64,000 bases of DNA from a virus (lineage: Duplodnaviria; Caudoviricetes). The notes under the pieces were generated by a model. The model did not search any database. It was not told the origin of the DNA and was given only the letters and a program-made list of their open reading frames with translations. Made by a program: the position numbers and the translations under genes. Shown in pieces: positions 1 to 11,460 of the stretch. Within the stretch, counting starts at the first letter, position 1. Every line of letters starts with the position of its first letter. The DNA lies in the IMG/VR virus record IMGVR_UViG_2724679353_000001, positions 10,758 to 74,757 of that record; one strand, written 5' to 3'.

Positions 1-174
1 ATCGGAAAGTGACTGGGCGATACTGGGTAACGCCGTTTCAATCGTCACGGTACCGATTCGCAAATCTTTGAGGATGCCCGCCAGCAAAGGCAGCAACTTA
101 CGAGACACTTTCAACTGCGCAAATACGTCGAGTTTCTGAGAGCGGTACTCGATACCTTTAATCGTAAATTCCAT
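1..174 (-). CDS. Probable tail assembly chaperone (runs off window start)
   Basis: Read by eye as MEFTIKGIEYRSQKLDVFAQLKVSRKLLPLLAG; directly follows the tail tube gene. Confidence 0.55.
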   Translation of the reverse strand, partial: MEFTIKGIEYRSQKLDVFAQLKVSRKLLPLLAGILKDLRIGTVTIETALPSIAQSLSD

Positions 175-184
175 TAATTACCCC

Positions 185-628
185 TTAAAAAGTACCCAGC
201 AGTTGGTCAGCCTTAATGACATCAAATACCCACGGCACCAGTGCGCCGTCTTTAGCATTATTGAAATCTGGCTGCTTTTGAAACGCACAGCCGCGCGCAG
301 CTAATGTGTCACCGCTGGCAGTATTGCGAATAAGAATGATGTTATTACCCCATGTCGCGCTCGATTGAGATTGCGTGTTATACATGACTGATAATTTTCG
401 ATTAACCGGGCTGGTTTTCAGTAAGTTAACTGTCACTGTTCCGCCGTTCCCCGCGTGGAGGCTATGCATGCCCTCTCCATCTGCACCAATAGTCATGGTG
501 TTTTTATTCTCAACCATTGATACGGTTATGCCTTCCTCGGCGACGGCGGCGCCATAACCCAGATCGAATGAACCGCCCACACCAGTAATAGAAGCGGTAA
601 TGTCCATAAAGCTATAAGTGTTTGACAT
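185..628 (-). CDS. Tail tube protein (DUF3277-like)
   Basis: 147 aa after the sheath gene; TYSFMD...GADGEGMHSL pattern. Confidence 0.75.
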   Translation of the reverse strand: MSNTYSFMDITASITGVGGSFDLGYGAAVAEEGITVSMVENKNTMTIGADGEGMHSLHAGNGGTVTVNLLKTSPVNRKLSVMYNTQSQSSATWGNNIILIRNTASGDTLAARGCAFQKQPDFNNAKDGALVPWVFDVIKADQLLGTF

Positions 629-639
629 TTATCAGTTCC

Positions 640-2115
640 TTAGCGGTTAACATTGATAATGACATCGGCGTAATGAACGGCGCCGGCCAGTTTGATTGCA
701 CACTGCATCACCGGCGCTTTACGCCCTTCACGGTCAGCCTGCGCCTGTGATGCCACTGGCGGTGCGTAGACGTAATAACCCTTGGTCAGAGTGTCGCCGG
801 TTTCCAGCACGCCGAAGCTATCACCGCCCCACACACCCGGAGCCACCAGCGCATTAGTCACCGACTGATCAAATGATTTCTCTACATTGGTCAGTAAGCG
901 AGTTACACCGGCGTCTGTCTGTGGAATTTTGGTGGTGCTGGTATACAGCAGGTTATAAAGGTTGTTCTGTACGTAGTTCTGCAACCAATCGAGGCCGTGG
1001 CGCTCATCGAAGAAATCACCATTGCACATCACACCTTCCTGAATAATGGCCGTGTCGTTGTCGTAATTGACAAACACATTGCAATTCTTCGCTTTCAGCG
1101 CATTGGCTTGCGACTGGGTAAGTGATTCGGCAGTAATGCCAGGCTGTTGTTTAAACTTCAGCGTGATGGTGGTGTTATTGCCGTTAAAATTCACGGTAAA
1201 GGCACGACCAAAGATAGAGGCGACAGCGTACGGGCTTGCACTGGAATACTGCACCAACGTACGAGCATAGTTCGCAGCCTTAAGCTTACTGGCGATATCG
1301 GTATCAATATCCGCATCCAGCGCCGGAGTCACTTGCGTGGTGTGTCCGTAAATCCGCGAAACATCATCACTCTGGATAAACGAGGCAATACTGATCACGT
1401 CTGTATCGCTTAATGATGGGTCGGCAATAACCAGCCCATACCAGCGGGTAGACATGTCAGCCAATTTATAAATGCATGCCTGAATAGTTTCACTCGCCAA
1501 ACCTTGAACCGGCAGCGCACCAGCGCTCTCAATCAATCCCATCAGTACAGAAATATCGGTACCGGTGGTATTGGCAGAACCATAACCAACCGCCGATGCT
1601 GCACCCGTGGTTTTGGATGTGATGATGAAGCGAGAACCATTCCAGATAACGGTTGCAGTGGTGAGTTTGTCAGCCACGCGCGCGGCAACACCGTTTAGAT
1701 TGGTTTCCGCTGACCAGTCAACACCGGTTACTGTCTTGACCGTGCCATCTACCGTGATTTTCATCGAACCATCTACCACGGCGGTAAAGTTAGCCATAAG
1801 CTGCTGAGTTGGGTTCAAAATCGCCCCCCGCAACAGTCCGGCTGCATCCTCTCTCACCCAGCGGCCGACATAGGAATCAATCGGTTGTGGGGATTGCTGA
1901 TAATACAAATTAGCGGCTTTATACTCGGGCGCATCCAGACCAAAGTCAGATGCGATATCTGTCGCGCTTGAATAGCTGCGCAGACGTTCGTGAGCATCGA
2001 TAACAGGCGACGGGCCAACCACCAGCAGGGAACCAAAGTTCCGCGCCATAGCAGCACGCACAGCCATATTCACCGTCACATTGACGATGTTAGAAACAGG
2101 TAATCCCTGCGACAT
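640..2115 (-). CDS. Tail sheath protein (DUF3383-like)
   Basis: 491 aa; [27 protein letters not shown] and AGAVH motifs. Confidence 0.85.
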   Translation of the reverse strand: MSQGLPVSNIVNVTVNMAVRAAMARNFGSLLVVGPSPVIDAHERLRSYSSATDIASDFGLDAPEYKAANLYYQQSPQPIDSYVGRWVREDAAGLLRGAILNPTQQLMANFTAVVDGSMKITVDGTVKTVTGVDWSAETNLNGVAARVADKLTTATVIWNGSRFIITSKTTGAASAVGYGSANTTGTDISVLMGLIESAGALPVQGLASETIQACIYKLADMSTRWYGLVIADPSLSDTDVISIASFIQSDDVSRIYGHTTQVTPALDADIDTDIASKLKAANYARTLVQYSSASPYAVASIFGRAFTVNFNGNNTTITLKFKQQPGITAESLTQSQANALKAKNCNVFVNYDNDTAIIQEGVMCNGDFFDERHGLDWLQNYVQNNLYNLLYTSTTKIPQTDAGVTRLLTNVEKSFDQSVTNALVAPGVWGGDSFGVLETGDTLTKGYYVYAPPVASQAQADREGRKAPVMQCAIKLAGAVHYADVIINVNR

Positions 2116-2117
2116 GG

Positions 2118-2660
2118 TTATTCTCCGAAGAATTTAACGGGGGCGGAGGTCAGCGATTTAATGCCGTACTCGCGGATCACTTTGCGGCGCAGGATTACGG
2201 TAATGTCATACCGCCGTACCCACTGGTTATTGATGAGTTCGGGGACGTTATACATTTTCCCGCATTGCCAGAGCGTGAGGCCGAGGCGCTTTAGCTCATC
2301 ATTGTTTTGTGAGATGAATATCCCGGCACGAAAGCGTGTAGCTGTTTGCTGCCCGGCTGGACCATAAAAACAACATAAAATATTTAGGCTTTCATGATCC
2401 CATTGCTGGCTGCTTTCCTCCCCCGCAATAAGGGCGGGGTAAGCGTCCTGATTAAAGTCCGATATGCTAAAGCCACACCAGGTGGTTCCGTTTTGGGGTA
2501 TCTGCGTTTGTGGATCAGTCATACGGGGAAAAACCATCTTGGCCGGTAATCCTGAGACCGCCCTGATCCACCTACTGATTTCCCGCTCCAGTTCCTCATC
2601 GTAGAGAGGCGGCGGCCCTGTTGGTGTCAGGTAGCCCGCCGTTGTGCTGTCGTTACTCAA
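2118..2660 (-). CDS. Tail terminator/neck protein
   Basis: Between head-tail adaptor and sheath; probable TTG start at 2660. Confidence 0.55.
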   Translation of the reverse strand: MSNDSTTAGYLTPTGPPPLYDEELEREISRWIRAVSGLPAKMVFPRMTDPQTQIPQNGTTWCGFSISDFNQDAYPALIAGEESSQQWDHESLNILCCFYGPAGQQTATRFRAGIFISQNNDELKRLGLTLWQCGKMYNVPELINNQWVRRYDITVILRRKVIREYGIKSLTSAPVKFFGE

Positions 2661-3039
2661 TCGGCGTTCCTCCGTCAAAGTCCATCAACTCGCAGTGGGC
2701 TTGGACAAACCCAGCACCATACGCGGTATAGGGATCGACAAAGGTCACTCGGTATTTTCTGCCTCGGTATGTAACCACGTCAGCATCAAGCCCTGGTTGC
2801 CCTTGGGTAAGCCGGAACTGAGTCACAATGAGAATGGCCCCGTTAATGTTCTGTCCCGCCTGCATGCGCTTGGCTTCCAGTGACCGGTCAACCGTCACAA
2901 CACCGCTAAAAGGGGTATCCTGTGGTGTATTTGTCGTGAACCCATCATCATCAACCGTTTGTAGTTGTCGATGGCATACCAGCGTGGTGTCTACGAAGTC
3001 CGGATCAAGAAGTACTTCTGTGACATCAAGAAATGGCAT
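2653..3039 (-). CDS. Head-tail adaptor
   Basis: 128 aa, beta-rich, in the neck gene cluster. Confidence 0.6.
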   Translation of the reverse strand: MPFLDVTEVLLDPDFVDTTLVCHRQLQTVDDDGFTTNTPQDTPFSGVVTVDRSLEAKRMQAGQNINGAILIVTQFRLTQGQPGLDADVVTYRGRKYRVTFVDPYTAYGAGFVQAHCELMDFDGGTPIE

Positions 3040-3545
3040 TACTTACTCCTTACAACGTAGGTGATTGAACGTAAAAGGAATCCATGAGCGTAGAGCGGTT
3101 TTTCACCGGGGATACCCTGCGCCCGTCTATTTTCGAGTGTTTTCTCTGATAGTGGATGCAGTCTGTCACCGTCTCCGATCACCTTTTTCGCCGCATCACG
3201 GGCAACCATCCCCGCCTTTTCCAATTCACGCTTAGCCGCATCCTGCTTACCCTCAAGTGCCAACTCTGCGGCGGCTTTCAGGTGTCCGGTAGTGATCTCC
3301 TGTGAATCTTCAATGCCCATATCCAAGAACGGGCGAGGCTCTAGTGTGACAGTCTGACCGCCAATCTGTATCGTGGCCCCTGTGGATTGCAGATAGCCAA
3401 TTTCTGCGTTGTTCAGGGTTTCCCCTTCCTTTCGCGTCGCATTGGCCTCTGGAATTCCCACCAGCACATCCATTTTTGAAAGGGCGCGTAGAGAGGACAA
3501 AACAGACTCGGCATTGTCCTTTCTGACCTTAATCCCGCTTTTCAT
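3039..3545 (-). CDS. Neck/virion morphogenesis protein
   Basis: VLVGIP...NAEIG...PRPFL...PL pattern; probable start MKSG. Confidence 0.6.
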   Translation of the reverse strand: MKSGIKVRKDNAESVLSSLRALSKMDVLVGIPEANATRKEGETLNNAEIGYLQSTGATIQIGGQTVTLEPRPFLDMGIEDSQEITTGHLKAAAELALEGKQDAAKRELEKAGMVARDAAKKVIGDGDRLHPLSEKTLENRRAQGIPGEKPLYAHGFLLRSITYVVRSK

Positions 3546-3949
3546 AGGATTTGCCTTCCACCCGCGCCAAACATCGACCACCACCAGAAAAACTCGCGGC
3601 CATAATCGGTGTTATTCCAAAAACCGGCGTCAGGATTAATGATGCCTGAGACGTCATAGCTGACGCTGACCTTATCAACCGACTTGGATGTCGCCACACC
3701 ACCACCGGAGGTATTTACGCCCCCCAGTGCTGCTGATGCTGTGCGCTTACCTCGTAATTCAACGTAATGCGCCGTCATTAACTCAGCCAGATAGACAAAC
3801 TTATCCCCAAACCTATCTTGATCCAGAAGGTCATCAGCCATGCTGAGGTAAAAGTTTATTGAGGTGTTGGGGTAGCGGGTTTCGTCAGTAAATTCGGGGA
3901 AACTGGCGCGGAACTGATCACTTGTTGGCAGTAGACTGTTTCTTGGCAT
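3542..3949 (-). CDS. Head-tail connector (DUF4054-like)
   Basis: FRASFPEF...AHY...SVSY...TDYGREF. Confidence 0.75.
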   Translation of the reverse strand: MPRNSLLPTSDQFRASFPEFTDETRYPNTSINFYLSMADDLLDQDRFGDKFVYLAELMTAHYVELRGKRTASAALGGVNTSGGGVATSKSVDKVSVSYDVSGIINPDAGFWNNTDYGREFFWWWSMFGAGGRQIL

Positions 3950-4301
3950 TTGCGGATTCCTTCACGGCTTCTGCTGTCGCCTCATCGCCGTCACCTGATG
4001 TGGGTTCGCTAACGGTTAGGCTTAATACCTGTGCTTTCAGACTGGTGATTTCGTCGTCCTTTTCTGCCACCTGTGCTTTCAGACTGGTGATTTCGTCGTC
4101 AAGCAATTTGACTCGCGCAACCAGATCGAGGTTTTCTACCTCTTTAGCAAGGTCGGATTCATCGAGCGGTTTGGCATAGGCGCTAAATGCCCAGTGTTTT
4201 TTCACCTCGTCAGAAAATCCATCGTGGATGCCGGGGGTTAATGTGTAATTAGAACCATCAGCTAGGTTAAGAACCGAATGACCCGATACGATATATTTCA
4301 T
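3918..4301 (-). CDS. Virion-cluster protein with a duplicated coiled-coil segment
   Basis: Follows the capsid gene; DDEITSLKAQV occurs twice. Confidence 0.6.
   Translation of the reverse strand: MKYIVSGHSVLNLADGSNYTLTPGIHDGFSDEVKKHWAFSAYAKPLDESDLAKEVENLDLVARVKLLDDEITSLKAQVAEKDDEITSLKAQVLSLTVSEPTSGDGDEATAEAVKESANAKKQSTANK
4027..4100. repeat. 32-bp direct repeat with 42-bp period, in frame
   Basis: acctgtgctttcagactggtgatttcgtcgtc at 4027-4058 and 4069-4100. Confidence 0.9.
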
Positions 4302-4339
4302 TTCAATACTCCATGAAAGGCGGGTTTCCCCGCCACAAA

Positions 4340-5287
4340 TCAAGCTGCTGGGACATCCAGGTAAGCGATGGTGTTCGAATATGGAGTTTCAACTTGCCCC
4401 AACTTGCCGTAGTACACAGTAAGCTGTTGCATACCACGATACTCAAGTGGGGTGCTCAGCAGCGGAACCATTGGGAAACGAATATATTTTTCGTCTTGTG
4501 TGTACGCAACGATACGATTAGCGCCACCAGCGCCACGGCCATTGGCAAATTTCATGGAGACGATCTCCAGCGGAACCCCGTTTTCTTGGAACGCGATGGT
4601 GTTGATTTTCACGTATTCAAGAACAGAGATATTCCCTGCGGAAGAAACCTTTTTGCTTGCCAGTAACCCGAATAAAGCCGGGGCCAGACCCAACTTGCTC
4701 GGGCAGACCGCATAACCAGACCGCACCCATCCGTCAGTAAGTACCAGGTTAATATCCTGAACAATCACATCTGGATCGGTCGTTGCAGTCCAGGGCGCAG
4801 CAGCAGAAATAGCAGCGATGGATGGAAGGTTTAACAACCCCGGAACACCGATTTCTGTATCACCAATATAAACCTGCTCATCAGTGTCCATGTTCCATTT
4901 AAGGCGCATCCCTTCATACTTCTGCGTATCAACTGGACGCCCAACCTGTTGCGCTGAGGCGAGTTCCAAAACAGTCCAACTCACCTCTTGCCCCCATGGG
5001 GTTAGATTGTTACGTGTTGGAGTGATATCAAGATTCATGCCCGGAATAGCGGTTGAGTTTTTCCCCAGCCAGTTTTTACCGGTCGGATTTGGCCCACCCA
5101 CGCTAGCAAAGTCGGTGTTGGTGAAAGATGAAACTTCATCAGCGATAGAGATATCACTGCGTAAAGGCATGTCACGCGACCACTTCACAGAGGTTAGTGG
5201 CATGTTCAGTGTTTGATCCATGCGCTCCAGTTCGCCAATCAGGAACGTACCGGATGAATCGATAGTAGCTCGGTCAATTGTAAACAT
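4340..5287 (-). CDS. Major capsid protein (DUF2184-like)
   Basis: 315 aa; ELERMDQTL, ELASAQQVGRP, YIGD...GLLN. Confidence 0.85.
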   Translation of the reverse strand: MFTIDRATIDSSGTFLIGELERMDQTLNMPLTSVKWSRDMPLRSDISIADEVSSFTNTDFASVGGPNPTGKNWLGKNSTAIPGMNLDITPTRNNLTPWGQEVSWTVLELASAQQVGRPVDTQKYEGMRLKWNMDTDEQVYIGDTEIGVPGLLNLPSIAAISAAAPWTATTDPDVIVQDINLVLTDGWVRSGYAVCPSKLGLAPALFGLLASKKVSSAGNISVLEYVKINTIAFQENGVPLEIVSMKFANGRGAGGANRIVAYTQDEKYIRFPMVPLLSTPLEYRGMQQLTVYYGKLGQVETPYSNTIAYLDVPAA

Positions 5288-5297
5288 TAATTATTCC

Positions 5298-5801
5298 TCA
5301 AATATTGAAGGCGATTTCAAGACGCCCATCAGCATCACCCGGCCCCATCGCCTCTGCGGTAGTCAGTTGCGGTGTGTTTGTGTCGGTTGCATCCTGAACA
5401 AGAACAAAAGAACCAACCGGGCTTTGTGTGGTGCCAGCCGCAACACGCACATAAATTGGTGCGCCTTTTTTGGCAGTAGTAGCGTTACCCGCAGTGATCT
5501 TCACGCAGACATAACCACGCTTCAGATTATCGCCGACTGGGTTTGCGTTAACTTTGAGATACGCAAGGTCAGCTTGAGAGGTGATCGGGAAGGGGCGAAT
5601 AAAAATACCTTTCACCAGATCAATAGTGTCACCACTTTCAAGCGGGACAAATTTATCGTCCACGTATTTACCCGATAACCCGTAGTCGCTAAACACCTTT
5701 TGGTTATTCAGCGTTACCGGCTCGATGGTCGATTCACGAGGACGAGTGACTGCCCCGGCAATGCCCATAGGCATCCGGTATGTATAAGCATTTCCAGACA
5801 T
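5298..5801 (-). CDS. Capsid decoration/cement protein
   Basis: 167 aa between protease and capsid; RGYVCV motif. Confidence 0.65.
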   Translation of the reverse strand: MSGNAYTYRMPMGIAGAVTRPRESTIEPVTLNNQKVFSDYGLSGKYVDDKFVPLESGDTIDLVKGIFIRPFPITSQADLAYLKVNANPVGDNLKRGYVCVKITAGNATTAKKGAPIYVRVAAGTTQSPVGSFVLVQDATDTNTPQLTTAEAMGPGDADGRLEIAFNI

Positions 5802-5811
5802 GTTTATTACC

Positions 5812-7077
5812 TTATTTGTTTTTGGCCCAGTGAGCAGCGTAGATTTTATTCAGCTCTGCCGGAGAGGCGTGTTTTGTATTAACCGCACCGTCTACCGTGT
5901 GAAGTGACTGTGGAGTGATTTGGTTTTTAGCTTTATTCAAAGCTGCCGCGCCATTGAAAACTGCATCTACAGTGGCTTTCGGTACCTTGGCGTAATCCTG
6001 AATGCCAAACGATTTCAAGTAGGCGCTATCACCCGTACGGATCGCGTTGTTCAACACCTGACGTTTCAATCCTTTATCACCCGTTGGTTTGAAACCAGGA
6101 CAAATAATTTCAGCATCAGAGATGATATTTCGGCGATAGGCAGCATCAGCGGTGACTTTCGCGTCCTCTTCCTTATCTTCATCAGCCGTTAACACGTCAG
6201 GATCGGGTTCTGAATCCGTGGTTTTCCCTTCCAGCGCAGCAATACGTGCAATTAAAGCCTGCGCCCATGCGGGAACATCTTCATCACCCGTTTTGTTCTC
6301 GGGTTCAGGTGCGTTGTCCGTAGTGGTGCGTTCTGTTACGGGTAGCGCTGTAGCCTGTGACGGTACGTTAATGTTAATGGTGTGACCGGGGATTGAATTC
6401 ATGCCATCAGAAGGCATATCCGGCGCTTCGTCGATAAGCTGTTGTAACGCAGCTTCATCTTTGGTTTTAATGGCTTTCGCCAGATTCTTAAGCCATGACA
6501 TTGTAGGCTTCTCCTTTTTGATGTTTGGGGCTGAATCCCCGATAGCACAACGGACACCGGCCCGACCGCGTGGAATGCCAGCAGCCAGGTGGTTTCCTGT
6601 AATTTGGTATTGATTGCCCTTGCCAGGGGCGATTTGTTCATACAGCGCGTCATAGCCACAACTGACATCGGTCAGCCCTGAATTAACGGCATCAATGGCT
6701 TCCTGACGCTTGATCAGCACGTCAGCCAGCAGCAGGTCTGATTTATCACCAGTACCTCTGCGTACGTTCTGAATGTGTCCGTGGGCCAGTTCAGAGAAGT
6801 TGGAAGGGTTAACGAAAACGATATTGCCCTCATCGTCCTCTGGATGTCCCAGTGTTACTGCGACACCTTCAAAGCTGGCTATCGTCTCTGGCGCAAACAC
6901 TTCATCTTCAGTGCGATACACCAAAACCGAACCATCCGGCCCCGGAATAAGATCAACCTCTTCCGGTCGGTACCTTTGTGTGCCTGTTCGCGCAATGGCT
7001 ACGTCTTTGCATAGCAGTGAGCCGTCAGCCTGAAGAAATCGTGTATTACCCAGTTTGGCAGTGTAGAAATATCTCAT
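5812..7077 (-). CDS. Prohead protease/scaffold (DUF2213-like)
   Basis: IARTGTQ, VTLGHP, VSCGYDA, GNHLA...GRAG; acidic scaffold-like C-terminal half. Confidence 0.85.
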   Translation of the reverse strand: MRYFYTAKLGNTRFLQADGSLLCKDVAIARTGTQRYRPEEVDLIPGPDGSVLVYRTEDEVFAPETIASFEGVAVTLGHPEDDEGNIVFVNPSNFSELAHGHIQNVRRGTGDKSDLLLADVLIKRQEAIDAVNSGLTDVSCGYDALYEQIAPGKGNQYQITGNHLAAGIPRGRAGVRCAIGDSAPNIKKEKPTMSWLKNLAKAIKTKDEAALQQLIDEAPDMPSDGMNSIPGHTININVPSQATALPVTERTTTDNAPEPENKTGDEDVPAWAQALIARIAALEGKTTDSEPDPDVLTADEDKEEDAKVTADAAYRRNIISDAEIICPGFKPTGDKGLKRQVLNNAIRTGDSAYLKSFGIQDYAKVPKATVDAVFNGAAALNKAKNQITPQSLHTVDGAVNTKHASPAELNKIYAAHWAKNK

Positions 7078-7102
7078 GTGTTACCTGCTAAATTACGGGC
7101 AT

Positions 7103-7124
7103 AAAAAAAGCCGCCTAAGCGACC
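7103..7124 (-). terminator. Intrinsic terminator inside the late operon
   Basis: Minus strand GGTCGC-TTAG-GCGGCT followed by a T run. Confidence 0.55.
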
Positions 7125-7338
7125 ATCCAGAAAAAGATAATTGTGCTCATTTAGTGACTTTTTAACATAAAGACCCTTAAGCGCACCGGTGGAACACCTC
7201 TCACTCAGTTAGCGTGATGAGAGGGCCGAAAGTTGGTATTAATTACCGAAAAATGGGGAGATTTCAGCGATAACATTTTGATAACAAATCGAGCTAATGA
7301 GTGTTGAATTAAATTCGATACCGTAAGCCGTATTTTCC

Positions 7339-8067
7339 TCATTTTCTCGGCGCTGGCACCTGCACCTCTGGATGACATTTACAATTAGGCAAACACCCTG
7401 CATGCCCCGTCATACCGTCAAGAGTGGGTGGATTAGCCCAGAGAACAAACTTATCTTTCATTTTTCGGTGAGACTTCCTTGTCCCTGCCCCCTCAATGCG
7501 CCACCAGTAACCCTCCGACCCTACAGCCAGAGCGCGGGCTTGTGTTAGAGCACCTGTGGCCCTGCCTATTTCGGTGCGTGCTATGAGTCTCGCACGGCTT
7601 GCAGCAACATCACCGGACTGCATGATCATCTCGTACAGTTCGTCTGGCCGCTCGCCATTAATCATTGCCTGAATAGCGCGATCCTGAATATCTTTTACCC
7701 GGTCGGCAGCTTCCAGCGGGAGTGACTTCATCAACTGGATTTGCCGATAGACAATATCCTGTGTCACATGACCTATGGGGGTGTTTCCCACCACATCGCG
7801 CAAACCTTCGGAAATCTGTTGCGATACAGATCGCCATTGCTGCCACTCTTCGCGCTCAACTTGCAAAAACATCTTTTGGGCTGCCAGAGCGGCCCAATCA
7901 TCAATAATCTGAGAGTAGTCGATAAGATGAGAAGCAACCGTGTCAGCGCTTGCCTGGGAACCATCGTAAGAGCCAGTTACTATCTGGTTTATCTGGCTGA
8001 CTATCCCCAGTAGGCTTTTGTTGTAGAGGATTTCCGAACGCCGGTGGAGCGCTGGTTTCAGGTTCAT
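7339..8067 (-). CDS. Minor head protein (Mu gpF/SPP1 gp7-like)
   Basis: RARLIARTE and HAGCLPNCKC motifs. Confidence 0.85.
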   Translation of the reverse strand: MNLKPALHRRSEILYNKSLLGIVSQINQIVTGSYDGSQASADTVASHLIDYSQIIDDWAALAAQKMFLQVEREEWQQWRSVSQQISEGLRDVVGNTPIGHVTQDIVYRQIQLMKSLPLEAADRVKDIQDRAIQAMINGERPDELYEMIMQSGDVAASRARLIARTEIGRATGALTQARALAVGSEGYWWRIEGAGTRKSHRKMKDKFVLWANPPTLDGMTGHAGCLPNCKCHPEVQVPAPRK

Positions 8068-9412
8068 CCTCCGACCACTCTTTCTGCGCATTCTCGATGT
8101 CCTCATCTGTTATTGAGCCACCGATGCCGATCACATCTGACAGGTTGCGAAGGTCACTCAAAGCGGCTGAAGGTGACATGCCAACATCACGCACTGCTGT
8201 AGCCAGAGCGGTAGTGACATTGCTTGCCATGGTTGCGCGGTCAGTGTCCGACATTTCCCAGAGCTTGTTGAACTCGAATGAGAAATCATCGGGTAATGGC
8301 TCGCCAAATTGAGAGCGCCAGGTAATATCCAGCAACCAGCGAATGTGACGCCGCAGCCGTCTCTCCTGAAGTGAATTAATCCGGCTGTAGTAGTTTTCCA
8401 AATCACCGTCACCCGTACTAAATCCCGATGGCGATTGACCAAATAAGCGAACTAATGGGATACCCGTTGCGCCAGAAACTTGCTCAGCAAAACGAAGAAT
8501 GACGTCAGCAATACCTGCGAATGAGTAACTGTGCGTTTCAAACTTATCGCTAGCATCCATGATGGTCATGCCTTCGATGGTCTGAAATTCGCGGATCTTA
8601 TCTAGGTGTGTCATTATCGCTTTTTCAAGGTCACCACCCGCCGCCAGCGCCTTTCTTAACCCATCAATACTGTATGTGCGTAAGTGTGCTTTATGGATGA
8701 GTTGCGTAGTGCCTGCTGTAGCGGTATCAAACGCCTGGATACGTTCGAAGATGCGCTCAATAACCGACATTCCCCACCCGTTTTCTGTTATGGACTGCTG
8801 GAATGGTAGTGTGTCGCCCTCCATCCGAATGATGCGGGAATAATGAATCTTCCAGTTGGGTATCCCCTGCTGGCTTGTGACTGTTTTATAGAACCTTGGC
8901 TTGCCGAAGTGAGGCCCATACTCTTTTACCAAATCGTTATATGTAGGCTTGACCATCCAGCGATCAAGGCACATCACACCCTTAAACTGATCTTTAGTGA
9001 TGGTGTCCAAATTCAGCAGCGTTGACATGTCTTGACCGTCAATCATTACCACCAAGAACGCGCCGCCATAGAGCCGAGACCATTTGATTGTGTCGTTCAA
9101 CCCATCCCAAATAGCGGCTGAATCCCAAAAATTTTCGACTTTCCCTTTCTGTCCCGGCTGGAGTTTTGAGTTGATATTGATCCCCTTTCGGGTCATATCA
9201 TCAGCAATAGCATCAACTGCGGCCCCAACCAGAAATGATGAGCGGTAAGCAAATTCCAGTATCACTCTATTGCGAGTGATGTATCCAGGAACATAGGTTC
9301 CCGCTGACTGGATGTTTTGCGTTTGAGCACCAATCTTTGCAGTAAAATTATTGTACCCGTCAGTAGTCCTAACGGGCTTACTCGCGCCGTTTCGGCGATT
9401 CTTACGGGCCAT
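7943..9412 (-). CDS. Portal protein (DUF1073-like)
   Basis: WSRLYGG, GWGMSV and IPLVRLFGQSPSG; follows terL. Confidence 0.85.
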   Translation of the reverse strand: MARKNRRNGASKPVRTTDGYNNFTAKIGAQTQNIQSAGTYVPGYITRNRVILEFAYRSSFLVGAAVDAIADDMTRKGININSKLQPGQKGKVENFWDSAAIWDGLNDTIKWSRLYGGAFLVVMIDGQDMSTLLNLDTITKDQFKGVMCLDRWMVKPTYNDLVKEYGPHFGKPRFYKTVTSQQGIPNWKIHYSRIIRMEGDTLPFQQSITENGWGMSVIERIFERIQAFDTATAGTTQLIHKAHLRTYSIDGLRKALAAGGDLEKAIMTHLDKIREFQTIEGMTIMDASDKFETHSYSFAGIADVILRFAEQVSGATGIPLVRLFGQSPSGFSTGDGDLENYYSRINSLQERRLRRHIRWLLDITWRSQFGEPLPDDFSFEFNKLWEMSDTDRATMASNVTTALATAVRDVGMSPSAALSDLRNLSDVIGIGGSITDEDIENAQKEWSEDEPETSAPPAFGNPLQQKPTGDSQPDKPDSNWLLRWFPGKR

Positions 9413-9436
9413 ATTTCCTCACAGAACATTTTCGAT

Positions 9437-11059
9437 CTAAGATTGTTTACCTATCGCAGCCCAAACATCCATCACAGTGACTTCCATTGGCGCATATAAG
9501 ATCATCGCCGAATCTGCCAGGTTGGGTGACTTGGTGCCGTCAGGTTTTTTATCCACCACAATTTTCCCTACGCCATTAACTGAGTAGGTAGGTTGCGATA
9601 ATTCAGAAGTTAATTTGGTCAGGTTTTTGAGGTTTTTCGGGATAGAGATAATGTCATCAGGATTGAACTCCATGTTCTCTTTAACCGCTCGGTACGTTTT
9701 CTGGAACCGGGTACGCAAACTCCACCAGCCTTGCGCTTTGGCGTTCGCAAAGAAATCCTTGTTAAGCCGCCCCTGTTGACCGTTATCGCCGGGAATGGCC
9801 TCATCATCTGGGTCGGTTACGCCACCACTGCCACGGAATGGTGTGGCGATGATATGCCGTCTGCGTTGTGCCTCACGTTGTTCATTGATAACACGGGCAT
9901 CACCACGCGCACCGGCTCCCAATCCATCGGTATCAAAACGGAAAGTTTCGAGGTTTTGTGCATCGCAAATATCAAAGGCTTTTTGTACGGTACCGAAAAT
10001 ATCATCGCCTTTACCCGACCACTCTTCGATGCTTTCAAGCAAGAAACCGTGACGACCGGCAAAGGAGTTGGTGTCCTTGCCCTCGTCAGCAATATCGAGA
10101 GCGCCTAAGCGCTGGCCAGTTGGCACAATACCCAACACCTCATGCGCGTTGATTGCCGCCTGCACCCATGCGGACGGGATCAATACGCCCTCAACAGAGG
10201 CGCTGTAGTTGATATCAATTTCCTGCGCCACTGTTACCGGATCAAGCTCTTCAACTTGTTTAGCGTACCAAGCGTCGTCTTTGCGCGGATCATCACGCCA
10301 ATGGAACGTAAACACGTCTACCTTGCCGCTGTGTCGGCGCTCGGCAAAGGAATTCGCCATACCATTAGGTGTCGAGATGTCTTGACGGCAGTTTGTCGTT
10401 GCTGAAAGTGAAGCATCAACCAGGTACGGTCGTTCCAAGTGGGAAGATTCATCGACGATGTAGAATGATGTTCGGTCACCGCGCCCTATACCGTCCCCCG
10501 CTTCTCCTGTCATTGCCGACTCAGTTTCAGGGAACAGGATTCTCATGTGTGGGGCGTGAGCCTTCGGATTCCAGCCGCCTCGAAACTCAAAAGGAAGTAA
10601 CCCTACAAAGTTTCGTGCTTTATCAAATAAGGATTTCGGCGATCCGATCTTGTCTACGTATTCTTCTTTACGTGAACCAAATCCAGCAATTATCCCTTTA
10701 TTGAAAAGGCACAATGATGCAGCCATTCCCACAGTCAGCCACGACATTCCCATATCGCGGGTTTTTTCAGTAATGCCGGGCCTCGATGTGCGCCAATGTT
10801 CTATAAACCACTCGATCCACTCTTCCTGCTTTGGGAATAATAAGAACGGGATACGGGCAGGCAATCCACGCTCAACGTTGCGCGGGTCAACTGTCATACC
10901 CCAATCAATGATGAACTGAGCCGGGTTATCTTTGTAGAACGCTTTCATAACCGGCAGTAATTCAGGCTGCTGACGAATGCGCTGCAATCGCTCCATTCGC
11001 CACTCAAAAACCTGCATATAGTCCGGATTTTTGAAGTCAAAAGGGAACGGCAGTGGCAT
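9437..11059 (-). CDS. terL: Terminase large subunit
   Basis: [10 protein letters not shown] Walker A variant, IVDE Walker [10 protein letters not shown] and SPNLADS nuclease motifs; start MPLP at 11059. Confidence 0.9.
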   Translation of the reverse strand: MPLPFPFDFKNPDYMQVFEWRMERLQRIRQQPELLPVMKAFYKDNPAQFIIDWGMTVDPRNVERGLPARIPFLLFPKQEEWIEWFIEHWRTSRPGITEKTRDMGMSWLTVGMAASLCLFNKGIIAGFGSRKEEYVDKIGSPKSLFDKARNFVGLLPFEFRGGWNPKAHAPHMRILFPETESAMTGEAGDGIGRGDRTSFYIVDESSHLERPYLVDASLSATTNCRQDISTPNGMANSFAERRHSGKVDVFTFHWRDDPRKDDAWYAKQVEELDPVTVAQEIDINYSASVEGVLIPSAWVQAAINAHEVLGIVPTGQRLGALDIADEGKDTNSFAGRHGFLLESIEEWSGKGDDIFGTVQKAFDICDAQNLETFRFDTDGLGAGARGDARVINEQREAQRRRHIIATPFRGSGGVTDPDDEAIPGDNGQQGRLNKDFFANAKAQGWWSLRTRFQKTYRAVKENMEFNPDDIISIPKNLKNLTKLTSELSQPTYSVNGVGKIVVDKKPDGTKSPNLADSAMILYAPMEVTVMDVWAAIGKQS

Positions 11060-11113
11060 AATCTTTTCCTCCTTACAAGGTTTTTGCTTGTTCACAGCTA
11101 AAAGGAACCACAC

Positions 11114-11425
11114 ATGGCAGTTGACGATGAAGTTTTAGCCGCATTATTGGAACGTGACGTATTCGAAGGAAAAGGCGCGGCAGAAGGTATTGCACGCAGT
11201 GGTCGAGACCGAGGATATGCAGCCTTAAGTCAGGCGCAGAAAAATGTCATAGACCCATTAATGACCTTACCATGCGATGGTGTTGAAGATCCCGGCGGCC
11301 ATCATAATGAGTGCACTCATATTTTGGCTGACAATGAGTTGCTTACTGCTATTGGCAGCGAAGGTTACTATGATGCGCTACTCTGTACCGACTGCCGCGC
11401 TGACTATTACGAGTGGTATGAGTAA
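11114..11425 (+). CDS. Hypothetical acidic Cys/His protein, antisense, between terS and terL
   Basis: AAGGA RBS, 103 aa, C...HH..C...CxxC, own terminator. Confidence 0.7.
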   Translation: MAVDDEVLAALLERDVFEGKGAAEGIARSGRDRGYAALSQAQKNVIDPLMTLPCDGVEDPGGHHNECTHILADNELLTAIGSEGYYDALLCTDCRADYYEWYE

Positions 11426-11435
11426 TTTGCCGTTA

Positions 11436-11460
11436 GTGGGGCTCATAGCCCCATTTTTTT
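11436..11460 (+). terminator. Intrinsic terminator of the 11114 gene
   Basis: gtggggct-cat-agccccat followed by a T run. Confidence 0.8.
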